From Azolla caroliniana (taxonomy: Eukaryota; Plantae; Polypodiophyta): a stretch of 64,000 bases of DNA. A program made the position numbers and the translations under genes. The stretch's first letter is position 1. Every line of letters starts with the position of its first letter. The DNA lies in the NCBI GenBank assembly GCA_043228905.1, contig JBHGNT010000004.1, positions 14,322,001-14,386,000 on the forward strand. The letters run 5' to 3'. The notes beneath the pieces were generated by a model that was not told the origin of the DNA, made no database searches, and saw only the letters and a program-made list of their open reading frames with translations. Shown one piece after another: positions 61,604-64,000 of the stretch.

Positions 61604-64000
61604 CCGGAAGAAGAAGTAAGTCGAAGGATGCCTAAAGGCATATGGCACCTTAGGTTCCGACGACGAGATCAACGACTTCGTGGAGGCGATCTCATTCGAT
61701 CACATCCTCGGGAAATCGAGAAGATAGTCGAAGAGGATCTTAGTGAAGACCGAATCATTCCGATAAATTCCGTCGAAATGTACAAAGTCATCGCGGACTT
61801 CGAGAAGATGATCGGGTCGGATCGAACTGCCCGAGTAGACACCAAGTACAAGACTGTGGACCGGAAGGTGAGGCCAGTTGTGGCTCCCTAGCCGGAGGAC
61901 AGCTGGGAACGGATGAAAGGGGTCGTGACGGACCCAAGTTTTTAGGCAGGCATAGGGCACCGATTCACCGACGAGACGCTACGGGAGCTGAAGATCGGTG
62001 AGGGTGGATTCCTACTGCCGGCAGAGGAGGACCGGTTTCGGAGGATGCTTGAAAGGCACAGGAAGGCCTTTGCATTCTCACCAAAGGAGATTGGGTGTGT
62101 TGACTCGACAATCATAGAGCCAATGGTGATCTTCACGGTACCGCACGTACCATGGAATCTCAAACCAATTCTGCTATCGAGAGCTCACATCCTGAAGTTG
62201 ATGGAGTTGCTTAGGCAGAAGGTCGATATGGGTATCCTTGAACCATTGAGCACCTCGTACTCGAATCGGTGGTTTACGGTGTCGAAGAAGAATGGCACAC
62301 TGCCCTTTATTCAAGACCTGCAGCCAGTCAATCAAGTGACCATTCAAAATGCAGGAGTCAATCCGAAAATTGATGAGTCTGCGGAGGCCTTCGCTGGAAG
62401 GTCTATGTACTCGGTCGGCGACTTATACTCTGGGTATGACCAGTTCCAACTAGCCATGGAGAGTACAGACATCACGACGATGTGAACCCCTCGCAGCCTA
62501 GTTCGGATGTGTACCCTACCGTAAGAGGGAACCAACTCAGTGGCACACATGGTGAATGCAATAAACAAGGTGCTGGAGGACTGCATCCTGGACATCACCA
62601 TATCATTTTTAGAAGACATCATGATCAAGGGATGTCTAGAGGATGCTAAGGATGATTCGATCGGATCAGACGGATATTGGAGATTTGTCGCCGACCACGT
62701 CTCCGACTGTGAAAGGATAATGTAGAGGCTTAATGGCGCTCAACTTACCTTCTCTGGGGAGAAGTCATCTTTCGAACAATCGGAGATCCTGGTAGTTGGT
62801 CACCTATGTGGGCCATACGGCCGGAGACCATCTCCGGCCAAGGTAGGGGCCATCTTGGCAATGAAGGAAGAGTGTCAGTCGGTCACAAAGTCCAACGGTT
62901 CTTGGGGGCGTGCGCCATCTACCACATTTGTATCCCGCGCTACGCGCATATCGCCGAGCCGCTCTATGGCTTGCTAAAGAAAGGTCGGAAATTCGAATGG
63001 GGCAACAAGCACATGGAGGTGGTTCGAAGATTGAAGGAAAAGCTAACGGCGGCACCGGTTCTTCGGAAAGCGGTGTACAAGAAGGACACTTCGGTTTACG
63101 TGTTGGTGGATACGAGTCCGACCGGAATCAGGTGGGTGATTAATCAAGAAGACAAAGATGGTGCACGGATCCCCATTTGGTTCAATGGGAAGGTGTTGAA
63201 CGAGCGGCAATAAGGATATTCCCAGGTTAAACGCGAACTCTAGGGTATCGTTTCGGCGGTCAAGGACAATAAAGACTACTTGATCGAGACGGACTGCCTA
63301 CCAATTCTCGGTATGGTTTCCGGATACGCGACTCCGGACCTGGCGATGCTTAGGTGGATTTCGTACATCAAATCCCTAAATCCGAAGATACGACACATCT
63401 CTGGAAACGATAACACCATGGCCTATATGCTCTCAAGAGCACGGTTCAAGAACGAGGACGACATGGTGTCAGAAGACAAAGAGGTCGGCGTGGACTTCTT
63501 TGAGTCGGCTCAAATGTCGGCGAACAAGCGGAGCACTCTAGCCCTAAATGAGTTCAACGAGAACGACTACACTGGGGAGTGGCTCCAGATTGGTAAGTTC
63601 CTAAGCACGATGGGGCTGGACGCGGTGTGGACGGAAGACGAAAGACATAGGATCCAGAAGAAGGCTTACTGGTTCTTCCTACGGAACAGTAATATATGGA
63701 AGCACCCAAAGGGATGGACTGGCATACCACTCCGGGTAGTGACGAAGGAAGAGGAGCAGGTGGTGCTCCTATCAGAATTTAACGAAAGCCCTTGGTCACT
63801 GGGGAACATGGGCCACGTTCGAAAAGCTGAAGGAGAAGTACTGGTGGCCAGGGATGTATCGCGACGCGCATCACTTCGTGACAACATGCGAAAGCTACCA
63901 GATGCATTCCGGCGTCCAACACAAAGACGAATTGCACCCGACCTACCCCCCAACCATTCACTTCAAATGGATGGTGGACCTAGTGACGATGCTCATGGGG

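Larger units (their letters stand above)
56568..64000 (+). mobile_element. Element I: tRNA-Trp-primed gypsy running off the window end, interrupted by J
   Basis: 5' LTR 56568-57411; PBS TGGTGAACCGGACGTGAA 57416-57433; decayed gag-PR 57484-59544; RT-RH-INT 61604-64000. Confidence 0.92.

Overview
Gene-free, repeat-saturated land-plant DNA. Essentially all 64 kb is nested, mostly decayed LTR retrotransposons; I found no host gene, RNA gene or CRISPR array. The lineage mix suggests a non-flowering plant such as a fern, lycophyte or bryophyte (inference). About 16 elements or fragments can be delimited by eye from TG..CA LTR ends, PBS, PPT and target-site duplications (TSDs). These are four tRNA-Trp-family Ty3/gypsy copies (A, B, C, I), four Tork/Tnt1-like copia copies (K, E1-E3), four copies of a second copia group (D, F0-F2), two chromodomain-bearing chromoviruses (H, J), one PEG10/Tcn1-like gypsy (G) and Athila/Tat-like fragments (T, T2). 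The best signals are cis-acting RNA features: a G_GAU_UUU slippery site plus a conserved H-type pseudoknot between Gag-PR and RT in three gypsy families, a Tf1-type self-priming PBS in G, a hairpin switch around the copia PPT, a charged post-RNase H extension with a relic PPT, and a 29-bp TSD-flanked micro-LTR. Lineage names are motif-based judgements, not database results, and I cannot establish novelty without searches. Boundaries marked approximate may be off by tens of bases.
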